Notes under the pieces: model-generated
What the model saw: only the letters and a program-made list of their open reading frames with translations
Told to the model about the DNA's origin: nothing
Databases searched by the model: none
Source of the DNA: a bacterium
GTDB lineage: Bacteria; Patescibacteriota; Minisyncoccia; Phycocordibacterales; UBA918
Assembly (NCBI GenBank): GCA_002710785.1
Contig: PAMC01000016.1
Coordinates: 13,435-77,434, forward strand
Reading direction: 5' to 3'
DNA length: 64,000 nt
Made by a program: the position numbers and the translations under genes
In this document: positions 27,251 through 36,701 of the stretch, piece by piece
How the letters are laid out: the number at the start of each line of letters is the position of its first letter
Numbering within the stretch: the first letter of the stretch is position 1

Positions 27251-27900
27251 ATGGCATATAACGACTGACGGATGTCGGCGATGGTAGTATTCAGTTCCGC
27301 TACTCGGTTTGAGACCTGCTGCGCTCTGACGAGCTTAGCTTCTAGCACATCCGGATCAGGTACCCCGGTTTGCAAAATAACGATAATTTCACCTTGAATG
27401 TCGACTTGCTCGCTCAGCAAGTCCCCCCGCTCCCGTTCAAAATCAACTAACGACTGCCAGGTGAGCACCGGATACTCACTGACAGCAGCCGGCTCAAGTG
27501 CCGTGAGGAGCGATACGTACTCGTTGTACACCTCAAACTCCCGCTCAAGGCGTGCCACTATAACTGCCTTACGTTCTGCGAAAAACCCTCCGCAAGCGTC
27601 GAATAAACGACTGATGTCGTCGAGCTCAGTAGCGGTAAGATTGGCTAAATTGTTCAAAAGTTGCTCAAACTGCCGTCTGCTGTCGGGTGAGCAGTCGCGA
27701 ATAATGACTTCTGCGACAGCATCAGCTCTATTTTGGGCTGTCAATTCGGCGAGGGTAGTGAGTCGTTGTTCTTGTTTGGCAATTGCGCGTTCCAGGGTCA
27801 AAACTGTCGTACGCTGTGACTGCTCAATGTAGAGAGAAGCAAACGCAAAACAAAGTGCCAAACCAACACCAAGCGTGATGACAATATGATGATTTCGCAT
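27247..27900 (-). CDS. hypothetical N-terminally anchored coiled-coil protein
   Basis: 217 aa; TM IVITLGVGLALCFAFASLYI then heptad-like Q/E/L/R-rich sequence; ATGA-type overlap with the downstream gene. Confidence 0.45.
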   Translation of the reverse strand: MRNHHIVITLGVGLALCFAFASLYIEQSQRTTVLTLERAIAKQEQRLTTLAELTAQNRADAVAEVIIRDCSPDSRRQFEQLLNNLANLTATELDDISRLFDACGGFFAERKAVIVARLEREFEVYNEYVSLLTALEPAAVSEYPVLTWQSLVDFERERGDLLSEQVDIQGEIIVILQTGVPDPDVLEAKLVRAQQVSNRVAELNTTIADIRQSLYAI

Positions 27901-27906
27901 AGTGTA

Positions 27907-29667
27907 TTAGCTAACTATATCATCAACCTCGGAAATTTCCTTGCGGATTGTTTGCTCAGCTGCGTCGATGTGTGCGAGTGTATCATCAACAAGTTGTTGT
28001 TCAGCTTTAGTGAGTTTTTTAGTTTTGCGCGAGCCGCGGAGCGTCTGACTTTCGGCAGTAACTGTCTCTCGCAGGGTAGTAAACTGGCGTTCGAGCACAG
28101 TCAATGCCTCTCCCGTTTCGGCAACCACAACCCGTCTGATTCGGCGGATGCGGGCTCGGCCATAGAGAAGTAGCAAAACGAGGAGAAGTGTCAGTGCCAC
28201 GAGTGGTACGAGAACCGACATGATGCTTACCGCCCACTGACCAAAGGCGATGTAGCCTGGTTGAGCCACTAAGAAGCGTACCGTCTCACTCGTTGCGCTC
28301 TGTGAACCATGCGAATCAATCGCATAGGCGGAGAGTTCGTACACCCCTTCCGACAGACGTCCGTCCGGCACAATTCTGAACGACCCGTCCTCCTCAGCAC
28401 CCAAAACGTACTCGAGCGGCACATCCCCCTGGTCACCGCGACCAACTGGTGCAATCGTCGCGTATACAGTTGCCCCTGGCCGCGTAGAGCCAAAGAATAC
28501 CGGCACGACACTGGCTCCCACCTCTGCGGGATACTCGGTCCAAACCGGAGCAGCAAACGCCTCGATGGTAAAGCTAATAGTGGCAACCCGGCTATTACCT
28601 GCCGCATCGAAAGCTTCAATTACAAAACTCTGCTGTCCAGGTTCAAGCTCAGTCAGGGTGAGTGTGCTGCTGCCGGTTTCGTCAACAAATTCGTACGGTT
28701 CTCCACCGTTGTGCTGGATACGATAACGCGTTACTGGGGAGGTCGCGTCACTACTACTAAAGCGAAGTTCTTGCGTAGGGCTAGAAACATCGTAGGCGTC
28801 GCTACGAGTGATAGAAAACTCGGTTGGCGCCTCAGTATCAACCGCGAGACGGTAGTGCGCCACTCGACCCCACCCTTCAGTGTTGCGGAACTGGAGGTGG
28901 AAGTACTGCACACCCTCATCTAGCTCACTCAGCGTAATCGAGTTAATCGGCGGCTCGTATACTTTCGTTGGGATGGTGCCGCTATTAGTATCGAGTAGCG
29001 TGCGAACTGCCGTCACATCACCCGGAATTGACCACGACAGTTTTGCTTCAGTGGCTTGTGACCATCCATCTGCCTGGTGGGTCTCGCTCGAAATATTTGG
29101 TGTACCAGGAGTATTCGCTGGAGCGATGTACTCAATGGTCTCTGGCTCGGGCTGCACGTCGGCTGCGGCAATGGTGTACGTACCGCCATTAAGACTCTGT
29201 ACTACATTTGTACCCCGTCCATCGGCTGCTAAAACTGACCCGTTGCTGAAGGTAACCCGTGCTGGGCCTGCACCTTTAGAACGCCAGGTAATCGTGAGTA
29301 CCGTACCAGCACTCCCGGTGTAGCCAGCTGGAGAGCCGCCGCCAAAATTAATAGTACCGGCTGCGTTTGAGTACGATGGCTCGACGGCCCACAGTGAGAA
29401 GGTGTTCCCTTTGCTGATGCCGAGCACTGAGAGCTGACTCGGGTTGAAACTAAGTGTAGCTTCGGCGGCGTTAATGGCAGTTCCGCGTGTATTTACGACT
29501 ACCCGCGTCGTAAATGTCTGTCCTGCGGTGTACACACCGGTGCTCGGTGAGAGCGAAAGAGTTGCGGCTGACACGGTAGTAGCGCCGAGTAGGAAGAGAG
29601 CACACGCAAATACAAAGCTCAGTAGGTAGGTATGGGCAGTGGCGCTAGTTCGTATCATTGTCTTCAA
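27907..29667 (-). CDS. cohesin-like domain surface protein with Ig/FN3-like domains, TM anchor and cytoplasmic coiled-coil tail
   Basis: Signal peptide; cohesin-like block ATLSLSPSTGVYTAGQTFTTRVVVNTRGTAINAAEATLSFNPSQLSVLGISKGNTFSLWAVEP...ARVTFSNGSVLAADGRG; TM AVSIMSVLVPLVALTLLLVLLLLYG; about 85-aa charged coiled-coil C-terminus. Confidence 0.6.
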   Translation of the reverse strand: MKTMIRTSATAHTYLLSFVFACALFLLGATTVSAATLSLSPSTGVYTAGQTFTTRVVVNTRGTAINAAEATLSFNPSQLSVLGISKGNTFSLWAVEPSYSNAAGTINFGGGSPAGYTGSAGTVLTITWRSKGAGPARVTFSNGSVLAADGRGTNVVQSLNGGTYTIAAADVQPEPETIEYIAPANTPGTPNISSETHQADGWSQATEAKLSWSIPGDVTAVRTLLDTNSGTIPTKVYEPPINSITLSELDEGVQYFHLQFRNTEGWGRVAHYRLAVDTEAPTEFSITRSDAYDVSSPTQELRFSSSDATSPVTRYRIQHNGGEPYEFVDETGSSTLTLTELEPGQQSFVIEAFDAAGNSRVATISFTIEAFAAPVWTEYPAEVGASVVPVFFGSTRPGATVYATIAPVGRGDQGDVPLEYVLGAEEDGSFRIVPDGRLSEGVYELSAYAIDSHGSQSATSETVRFLVAQPGYIAFGQWAVSIMSVLVPLVALTLLLVLLLLYGRARIRRIRRVVVAETGEALTVLERQFTTLRETVTAESQTLRGSRKTKKLTKAEQQLVDDTLAHIDAAEQTIRKEISEVDDIVS

Positions 29668-30781
29668 TTACGTTACCGTCTTCATCAACTTCGACCTCCA
29701 CCCACTCTTCGACATACTCATACTCGTCTTCTTCGGCAGCGGCGGAGGCTTTGGCCGCCTTACGTTCGCGACGACGTGCGAGCAGATTCGGCACCAGTTT
29801 GTGACCAACCAGAGCGCCGAGTAGCACCAAGAGCAACGCGCCGACGCCAATAATGATGTACTCAAGCAGTGTCGTCATAGAAATGCCGCGGAGTGGCTCT
29901 TCTGGTACCAGCGTGGCAATGTACTCGTTACCTGCCTTATCTACGGCTTTTACACGAATTGTGCTGTTGAGTGACTGATCAGACAGTACGTACGGGCTAC
30001 GAACGCGTTTCCACGGCGCGTCAACTGCACCCCACTCGAAGAGGCCAGCTTCTTCAAACGGCTCTTCAATAACTTCGTAGTAAGCTATGCCGGTTTGTTT
30101 GTCGGTAGTGTTAAAGATGATGTAGTACTTGTTGTCAAACACTTTGGTGTCGCGCTGTAGGGTAATACTAAACTCTTCTGGGATACGAGTATCGCCCTGC
30201 ACGAGCTCTACCCAATCGTTGCGCACCACTTGACCTGGCCGGTCACCAACCACAAGTGTTGCTGTGTTCGTAATGAGATCCGCTAAGCTACCTCGTCCGT
30301 CATTGAGGTACACTGTTGTTTGATCAGAAAAACGAATCGTACTGGTTGGACTCTGATCGCCGAATCCAACCCGGAGACCGGGTACTTGGAACACAATCTT
30401 GAGCACCTCATTGGTAAGGCGTGGATCTCCCTCAATGCGGCCGCAGTATCCGTTGGGGATACCGCCGGCAAAGGTAATGCGGTTGTTCTCGCGATCTATG
30501 GTGGGCTCTTCTACCCACAGCGGCAAAATTGACTGGCCACGGCTAATGTCAACCGGTTGCACATTTGGGTCGTACTCGATGACCGCGTCAACGACGTTAA
30601 TACACTCCCCGGGTGAAGGATTAACCCGTACCGCCATCACAATGGTGTCGCCCGGGTTAATCGTGCCTGTATTTGGATCTAAGTAGAGAACTGCAGCTGC
30701 AGCGGTCCCTGGCAACACCAACTGACTAGAGAGACCGAGTGTCCCCACCACCATAAAGAGCTGCCGCATAAAATGCATCAT
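29645..30781 (-). CDS. cohesin-like domain surface protein with C-terminal TM anchor and acidic tail
   Basis: Signal peptide; cohesin-like block TIVMAVRVNPSPGECINVVDAVIEYDPNVQPVDISRGQSILPLWVEEP...STIRFSDQTTVYLNDGRG; TM IIIGVGALLLVLLGALVG; tail ARRRERKAAKASAAAEEDEYEYVEEWVEVEVDEDG. Confidence 0.6.
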   Translation of the reverse strand: MMHFMRQLFMVVGTLGLSSQLVLPGTAAAAVLYLDPNTGTINPGDTIVMAVRVNPSPGECINVVDAVIEYDPNVQPVDISRGQSILPLWVEEPTIDRENNRITFAGGIPNGYCGRIEGDPRLTNEVLKIVFQVPGLRVGFGDQSPTSTIRFSDQTTVYLNDGRGSLADLITNTATLVVGDRPGQVVRNDWVELVQGDTRIPEEFSITLQRDTKVFDNKYYIIFNTTDKQTGIAYYEVIEEPFEEAGLFEWGAVDAPWKRVRSPYVLSDQSLNSTIRVKAVDKAGNEYIATLVPEEPLRGISMTTLLEYIIIGVGALLLVLLGALVGHKLVPNLLARRRERKAAKASAAAEEDEYEYVEEWVEVEVDEDGNVIEDNDTN

Positions 30782-30896
30782 GGTTAAAGTATACCGCGCG
30801 GCTTTTTTACTCTTAGCTGTCTCGTGTGCACAACAAAACTAGAAAACACCGTCTCGTGGTGGGAGATGGGTGTTTTCTGGCTACTCAATAGCCTGA

Positions 30897-32042
30897 TCAG
30901 AATATTGGTGTGGCAACGTAGCGCAGTGTGGTTGAGTAGGCATCTGAGGCTTCTTGCAAAGCCGAGATTTCTACTCGGTACCCCACCCGCGTGGTACCCT
31001 CACCGGTTCCTGTCCCATCAGTAGGACCGGTATGACTCATCACTACAACAGGTGTAGTGCTCGCCGCTACCCACGAGTTGCTCGTAAACTCTGCGCTGCG
31101 TGTTGTTGTCGCATCATCAGAGGTTAGACCCCAGTGCCCAAAGGTGGTTGGATCACCTGGTTGCGCCGCTGGAGAGAACCAACTTGTAGGTGTGGTGGTG
31201 TAATCACCATCGCGGAACGAGTCAATGATAGCGCCGCCTGAAGACATAAATTCTCCATCTTGCGCCACGGTGACTACGTACCCTTGCGATGCGTTAGTAA
31301 CCACCCGCAATTCTTGAGCCGTCGTGCTCGCGACCCCTTGCGTCAGATTTCCGAACGCAAGCGTAGTTGGAGTCGACGAACCGGTGGTGGTGACACCGTT
31401 AACAGTCTGACCGCCGCCCACCGCGAGTACCTGAAAGGTAAACGTGGTGTCGACAGTCGCCGTTACGGTAACCGTGTCAATAATGACAACCTCGGTCTCA
31501 CCAGTATCAGTTTGTGTTCCCGCAATGCCAATCTCGTAGCTACCCGTTACGCTCGGGTTCACGAGCTGATTGGAGCCAGACCCGCCAAAGCTGGCATGGT
31601 CGCCAATCTCAATTGTGGTTGAACCGTTAGCTGCGATTGAAGCGCCGTCGCCAGGACAAAACTCAATCGTCAGTACTGCTCCACTAAAGCTGATACCGAT
31701 TTCATCAGAGCCGACGGTGCAGTCTGTGGAAACTGACAAGTCAGTCGCGCCATCCTGCACGTCGATGTCTGTAGCAGCGATACTAGACGTACCGGTGAAC
31801 GGACCATCCGAGAAATCGATGGTGATAGTTTCACCATTGCTGATACCCGTAGGGGTCGTAAAGACAATGGTGTGGTTCGAGGCAGAACCAGGGCTCGAAT
31901 CGCTCAACGTGTCAGACACGTTGGCAATACTTGCAGCGCTTACCAGCCAGCTGGAGTGAAAGTTGGTGCTCCAAAATAGGAGCCCGACACTCACAAACGC
32001 TGCAACAGCTTTGAGTAGCCGGAATGATTTCATTCCAGACAT
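30897..32042 (-). CDS. secreted Thr/Gly/Ser-rich beta protein sharing the C-terminal domain of the 2053-aa giant
   Basis: Signal peptide MSGMKSFRLLKAVAAFVSVGLLFWS; C-terminal about 150 aa align to the 18536..24697 C-terminus (FGHWGLTSDD.../FGYHAGDDTLSG; WVAASTTP/YAAASTTP; ...LRYVATPIF/...IVYLVTPEF). Confidence 0.65.
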   Translation of the reverse strand: MSGMKSFRLLKAVAAFVSVGLLFWSTNFHSSWLVSAASIANVSDTLSDSSPGSASNHTIVFTTPTGISNGETITIDFSDGPFTGTSSIAATDIDVQDGATDLSVSTDCTVGSDEIGISFSGAVLTIEFCPGDGASIAANGSTTIEIGDHASFGGSGSNQLVNPSVTGSYEIGIAGTQTDTGETEVVIIDTVTVTATVDTTFTFQVLAVGGGQTVNGVTTTGSSTPTTLAFGNLTQGVASTTAQELRVVTNASQGYVVTVAQDGEFMSSGGAIIDSFRDGDYTTTPTSWFSPAAQPGDPTTFGHWGLTSDDATTTRSAEFTSNSWVAASTTPVVVMSHTGPTDGTGTGEGTTRVGYRVEISALQEASDAYSTTLRYVATPIF

Positions 32043-32174
32043 ACTCTACGTTGTTAAGCTGCAGCACCCATCACGAGGATAGCTGAGTCGACTCCAGACT
32101 CCACACCGAAGTCGCACTCACGATGCTGTAGCGTACAAATCGTCTCACCGGGCTGTACGGTGATTGGGCAAGCC

Positions 32175-32196
32175 CAAAAGACGAGCCGTGCTCGTC
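32175..32196 (-). terminator. intrinsic-terminator-like hairpin (8-bp stem AGACGAGC/GCTCGTCT, 3-nt loop) followed by UUUU on the minus transcript
   Basis: Read directly: plus strand aaaAGACGAGCcgtGCTCGTCT; on the minus strand the stem is followed by TTTTGGGC; sits 340 nt after the 32535 gene stop inside a 490-nt non-coding gap. Confidence 0.45.
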
Positions 32197-32534
32197 TCTA
32201 CGTTTTGTACTCTTAAAGTATACTCCGCGCCAACGGACACTTGTTCGCGGCTATACACATATAGCTGCACAGTTTACCTATCCTACTCAGTCCAGTGGAA
32301 AATAAATGAGTAAATGAACGAAGCGATTATTACGAATTTACTTCCGAAGTTTGTCTTAGTCTAGACAAAAATCCTGGAAGGCCAGTATCGATACTCGCAG
32401 TCTGTGAGTAAAACGGGTGATCAGCAATCTACTGCGCTGAATAGCTTAGCAACAACGCAGTAGAATCGCCCTAGATCAGGAGCGATTCACTCGCGAAAAT
32501 TCGCAACAGTCGGCTTCGCCTTGTTTGCTCATTT

Positions 32535-33668
32535 TTACCCAGTCCAGTTAAACAGCAAAATCGAAAAGTCCTCAATACCAACGTTGCCGTTACCATTTAT
32601 GTCAGCTGGAGGGTCAGAGTCGCCTCCGGTAGTCTGCCACCAAAAAATCATGATCGAGAAGTCAATTAAGTTTACAAAACCGTCACGGTTAAGGTCGGTT
32701 GGTGTGGTAGCGCGGCCATCAACGCCTACAAATAAGGTGAGGCTGCTACTAAAGCTACTCTCAGTCACGAGGACTCCGCTACCTTGGATAAAGCGAGTGC
32801 GAAGTAAATACTCAGCGGGCGCGAGGCCGGCAGTATTAAATTGGTACTCCCAGACTCCATTTGCGCCTGATGTTACCTCGGCTATCTGCTCGTCGTCCTG
32901 ATAAATCTGTACCGTCTTATCTGGTGCAGTTTGACCACGTAATAGAATGACATCTCCAGGATCAATCGTAACGTCATCAGCAGAAATGGTTGGTGGTAGT
33001 AGCACACCTCGGACAGTTGTGACCGCACCCTGCGTCACATCAAAGGTTGAATTGTACGTAATCGAACGTGTACCAAAGGTGTCTTCAGACCACAAGCCGA
33101 GCGAAGCGGTACCTGGCTCAGCGTCGACTGCAAACTCAAATTCGCCGTCACTATCAGCCCGAATAGTCCCAACCTGCTCGGCATCCAGTAGCACCTGAAC
33201 TGTCTCATTGGGGTACGCGATGCCTTCAACACGCACAAGCGTATCGCCAAGCTCTTCATCACTACCGCCAGAATTTCCACTTCCGCCACCTGAGCTGCCG
33301 CCGCCGCCAAAACCAGCTGGTTCTACCTGGCAGTCTGCCGAACAAAAGTCATCATCGGTATTGTTGCCGTCGTCACATTCTTCGTCAAACAAGGTCTGTA
33401 AAATGCCGTCCCCGCAGTACGGACCAAACTGACAGTCAACGTCACACTGACGACCAGCAATGGTGGTGCTATACGCACCTGTCTCACCGGGCACGTCACA
33501 CGCCTCGTTAAAATTTACGAGCGCGTCGCCGCAAATACTAATACCCACAGTAGTAGTCGCAACCGTTGTGGTGAGCGTTGAAGTGGGTGTCGTAGTAGCA
33601 AACCCCACATACGGCAGCAAGAGTAAAAGGCTGAGAACACCAGCTCTTAGACGCGATAGCATGCACAT
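32535..33668 (-). CDS. secreted protein with Myxococcus-type Cys-rich repeats, Gly-rich linker and C-terminal dockerin
   Basis: Signal peptide; repeats CGDALVNFNEACDVPGE..., CGDGILQTLFDEECDDGNNTDDDFCSADCQ; GGGGSSGGGSGNSGGSD linker; dockerin F-hand repeats DLNRDGFVNLIDFSIMIFWW and DINGNGNVGIEDFSILLFNW. Confidence 0.65.
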   Translation of the reverse strand: MCMLSRLRAGVLSLLLLLPYVGFATTTPTSTLTTTVATTTVGISICGDALVNFNEACDVPGETGAYSTTIAGRQCDVDCQFGPYCGDGILQTLFDEECDDGNNTDDDFCSADCQVEPAGFGGGGSSGGGSGNSGGSDEELGDTLVRVEGIAYPNETVQVLLDAEQVGTIRADSDGEFEFAVDAEPGTASLGLWSEDTFGTRSITYNSTFDVTQGAVTTVRGVLLPPTISADDVTIDPGDVILLRGQTAPDKTVQIYQDDEQIAEVTSGANGVWEYQFNTAGLAPAEYLLRTRFIQGSGVLVTESSFSSSLTLFVGVDGRATTPTDLNRDGFVNLIDFSIMIFWWQTTGGDSDPPADINGNGNVGIEDFSILLFNWTG

Positions 33669-33682
33669 ACCTCTTTGCAGTA

Positions 33683-34606
33683 CTAGCTACGGCGACGATA
33701 CACCAGTAGACCGATAATGATTAAGACGGTGAGAATCGGCAAAATAATTGAGACCTTGTGCGGCAGTGACAAGCCAGCAAAACCATACCCGGCCGTCTGC
33801 AACGTGCCGTACGGCAGGATATTTAGCGTCAGCTCACCCTCCTGTTTAATGTCATCTTGATTATAAATGGAGTACCGTGCCAGGTACGAACCAGCTGGCA
33901 AGCGCGTTGGTATCTCGGCCACCACGTCTTCAGTTGCAAATGGCTGCACTCTGACAATTCGGTTGCGGTGGTGAGTCTCCTCCAGAAGCGTCTGTCCGGT
34001 TGAATCGTAGATCTTGAAAACCACATCGCTCGGCGCTACGTCAACGTTGCCGGTATTCTCGATACGCATGCCAAAGTTAATCTTAGCTGGGAAGTAGAGC
34101 CAGCCAACTTTGTGTCCCTCGTTAAAGTCGGGCAATTCGATCTTGCGTACACGAAAATCAAATATCTCTCTATCAATGATCGTTAGGTCGATGTCGACTT
34201 GTGCACCTAAAGAAATGTTAACGGCGCCAGCAGTTTCAGAGCCCGGTGGTGGTGCAGTCTTAATGCGGATCTTGCCAGAGTAACGTCGGAATTCTGCGTC
34301 GTCAGGGACCGTCACCCGAACGGTCACCGGCACTTTTTTGGCGCCAACTGGCATAGCAATGAGATCACCCTCGAGCACCTCTACCCAGTCAGCAATCGTG
34401 GGGGCATCAACCGTGATGCGGGCGTTGAGTGGGGTTGATGGGTCGCTGCGGACCATGAGAATCTGCTGTTCGTATACTGAGTTACGCGTCAAGCTCGTAT
34501 TACGCACGTACGGTGGTGTAATACCAAAACCAGCGTAGGAAAGATTGACCCCCACCACGTAGGCAATAAAGAACACCGAGAAAAATACGTAGAGCTTCTT
34601 TATCAT
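33683..34606 (-). CDS. DUF916/DUF3324-like cell-surface protein, C-terminal TM anchor
   Basis: Signal peptide MIKKLYVFFSVFFIAYVVGVNLSYA (start set to Met17); GFGITPPYVRNTSLTRNSVYEQQILMVRSDPSTPLNARITVD; second beta domain; TM ILPILTVLIIIGLLVYRRRS. Confidence 0.55.
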   Translation of the reverse strand: MIKKLYVFFSVFFIAYVVGVNLSYAGFGITPPYVRNTSLTRNSVYEQQILMVRSDPSTPLNARITVDAPTIADWVEVLEGDLIAMPVGAKKVPVTVRVTVPDDAEFRRYSGKIRIKTAPPPGSETAGAVNISLGAQVDIDLTIIDREIFDFRVRKIELPDFNEGHKVGWLYFPAKINFGMRIENTGNVDVAPSDVVFKIYDSTGQTLLEETHHRNRIVRVQPFATEDVVAEIPTRLPAGSYLARYSIYNQDDIKQEGELTLNILPYGTLQTAGYGFAGLSLPHKVSIILPILTVLIIIGLLVYRRRS

Positions 34607-34711
34607 GTCACAATCACTTCTTCCCATTATCACCTCAACTGGGCGATAAAACAACAGCCACCGTCTGGATAACGGTGGCTATCTGGTTAGCTATTTCAGC
34701 AAGTTTTAGGC

Positions 34712-36607
34712 CTACGGACCCCAGCGGGTTGAACTACTTGTTTGTGCAACAAACTCGTTTCGTCCCGTGTAGAGACCAGCTAGAGTAATAGTGCCTGGCA
34801 CCTCAATACCCCAGTAGGTGGTGCCTGACGGCTGAGTTGACGTTGCGGTAGGCTTTAATACACCGAGACGCAAACGTTGTGCGGAGGTGGTCGCCGGCAA
34901 ATCCTGGCCTGAGCCGTACGGCAAGCTTGAGGTAGCGTATTCCTGTTGGTACTCAGCAATAGATGAAGTCGCTGTAGTTGAGGCGACGTTTGGACACCCG
35001 CCAACAGTAAATGTGTCGGGACACATATGCACACCACCGAGCTCTTGGTCGACACCTACGTTACCGGTTGCGCGCGTAGTTGTAGTGGCGTTTAGGTTGC
35101 CGGTATTATCGCCTGGTGCTAAGTCACCGTACGGAATTGCGTTGGTGTCGAGTGCAAATGAGAGGAATGATACCACTTCAATGTTCGCTGTTGTGCTTTG
35201 TACAAACGAGCTGGTTGCGCTGTCGTCATCTACAGCACTGATTCCGGCACGCCAGTCCTCAGTTTCATAAACTGGTGTTTCGGCAGCAGGATCGGTTGGG
35301 TCAGCAACGTACCAAAGCGGGAAGGTACACTCCCAAAGCTCAGTAGCGTCTGTTGGTCCACCACACGCGCCAGCACCAGTGGTCGTTGCGGTACAGCTAA
35401 CGTTCCAGTCAGCGCCAGCACCACTTTCGTAACAGTTGTTAGGGTTGTAGTTACTGCCAGCTCCGTCACACGTTGTCGAGCCAACGCCTGAACGGTACAC
35501 CGAGGCGATGTAATTCGTAATTTCCGAACCAGCCACGCTGTTCTCACAACTGTTAGCGTCGTTAGCAACAAAGGTCAGCGTGAAGCCAGTCGTCTCGCCA
35601 GCTGCTGTATCGAGAGTCATGTCAAGGCCACCGTTAAGTGAGATCAGTGCGCCATCGATGGTCGGGGCTACGTTTGCTACAACGTACTGGTTATTAGCTC
35701 CTTGCTGGCCACCACTGGCTTCGTGACCATGGTTGTCTACGACGTAGACGTAGGCATCGTACGTGTCGTCTTGTAGTGGTGTCGCAGTAGTTGTGGCCGC
35801 GGAAAGCACTACCGGTGTACCAGAGGTGAAAGTAGATGTGGCAATGGTACCAGCTGGACCACACGCGTTAGTGGTTGGATTGTAGTCGTTAGAGACACAC
35901 ACCAAGAGCTGCATGGTGTCGACGCCGCCAAGAGAGTCGGTATCAGATGATGTTGCACTGAAGGTGAGCGTGCCAGCTGGGTCGACTGGTCCGTCGTTCA
36001 CGATTCCAGTAAAGGTTGGCCGGTGGTTTACTACAAACGGAGACGCCGTGGTAGTCGTGCCTTGGTAGCCAGGACTACACTCAGGGTTTACCGCGTCATC
36101 GTCACATGCGAACGCCCACCAGGTATTACTCTCAGGCATTGCCTCAGTGGTTGTCGTCGCTGCACGCGCCTCGGTGCCACTGATTGTACTGGTTGAGATA
36201 GCAATTTGGTCATTGTTATCACAGGTAGGTGGCGCACTACCATCACCCGCTCCTGACTGGGCAGTAGCGGCATTGGTGGCACACACAATGAGGAAGTACG
36301 GGGCCCCGTTCTGGTCAGTCGCGGTACCAACGATAGCCAGCTCATCACCTGAGTTGGTTGGGTTAGTAGCTGACGATTCAGTTTCTTCGTTTGGTTCATC
36401 CGCCTCCAGTAAGAACTGTGGTGGGGTGTTTAGAACATTAACCGAAGTGGTCGCAAGCTGCTGCGCAGATACGTTGTTAATTTCAGCCTGGCCGAGATTA
36501 AGTAAAAATACGAGTAAAAATATACCTAAAGCACCGACTGTGGTGAGTACGGTGATCTTGCCGGCGGTAGTGAGTGGCTGGCGATTTGCTCTAACTTTGT
36601 ACGACAT
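34712..36607 (-). CDS. secreted Thr-rich beta protein (631 aa), N-terminal signal anchor
   Basis: N-terminal TM ITVLTTVGALGIFLLVFLLNL; Thr/Ala/Gly-rich throughout with scattered Cys pairs; no catalytic motif. Confidence 0.55.
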   Translation of the reverse strand: MSYKVRANRQPLTTAGKITVLTTVGALGIFLLVFLLNLGQAEINNVSAQQLATTSVNVLNTPPQFLLEADEPNEETESSATNPTNSGDELAIVGTATDQNGAPYFLIVCATNAATAQSGAGDGSAPPTCDNNDQIAISTSTISGTEARAATTTTEAMPESNTWWAFACDDDAVNPECSPGYQGTTTTASPFVVNHRPTFTGIVNDGPVDPAGTLTFSATSSDTDSLGGVDTMQLLVCVSNDYNPTTNACGPAGTIATSTFTSGTPVVLSAATTTATPLQDDTYDAYVYVVDNHGHEASGGQQGANNQYVVANVAPTIDGALISLNGGLDMTLDTAAGETTGFTLTFVANDANSCENSVAGSEITNYIASVYRSGVGSTTCDGAGSNYNPNNCYESGAGADWNVSCTATTTGAGACGGPTDATELWECTFPLWYVADPTDPAAETPVYETEDWRAGISAVDDDSATSSFVQSTTANIEVVSFLSFALDTNAIPYGDLAPGDNTGNLNATTTTRATGNVGVDQELGGVHMCPDTFTVGGCPNVASTTATSSIAEYQQEYATSSLPYGSGQDLPATTSAQRLRLGVLKPTATSTQPSGTTYWGIEVPGTITLAGLYTGRNEFVAQTSSSTRWGP

Positions 36608-36701
36608 AATAAATAACTAGCTGTCACCAATAATTGTAACGAATTTACGTTCCTCTGTGCGCTGCGCACGTTGATAAGTGTTGATAGTAGTTTTGAGCCA
36701 A

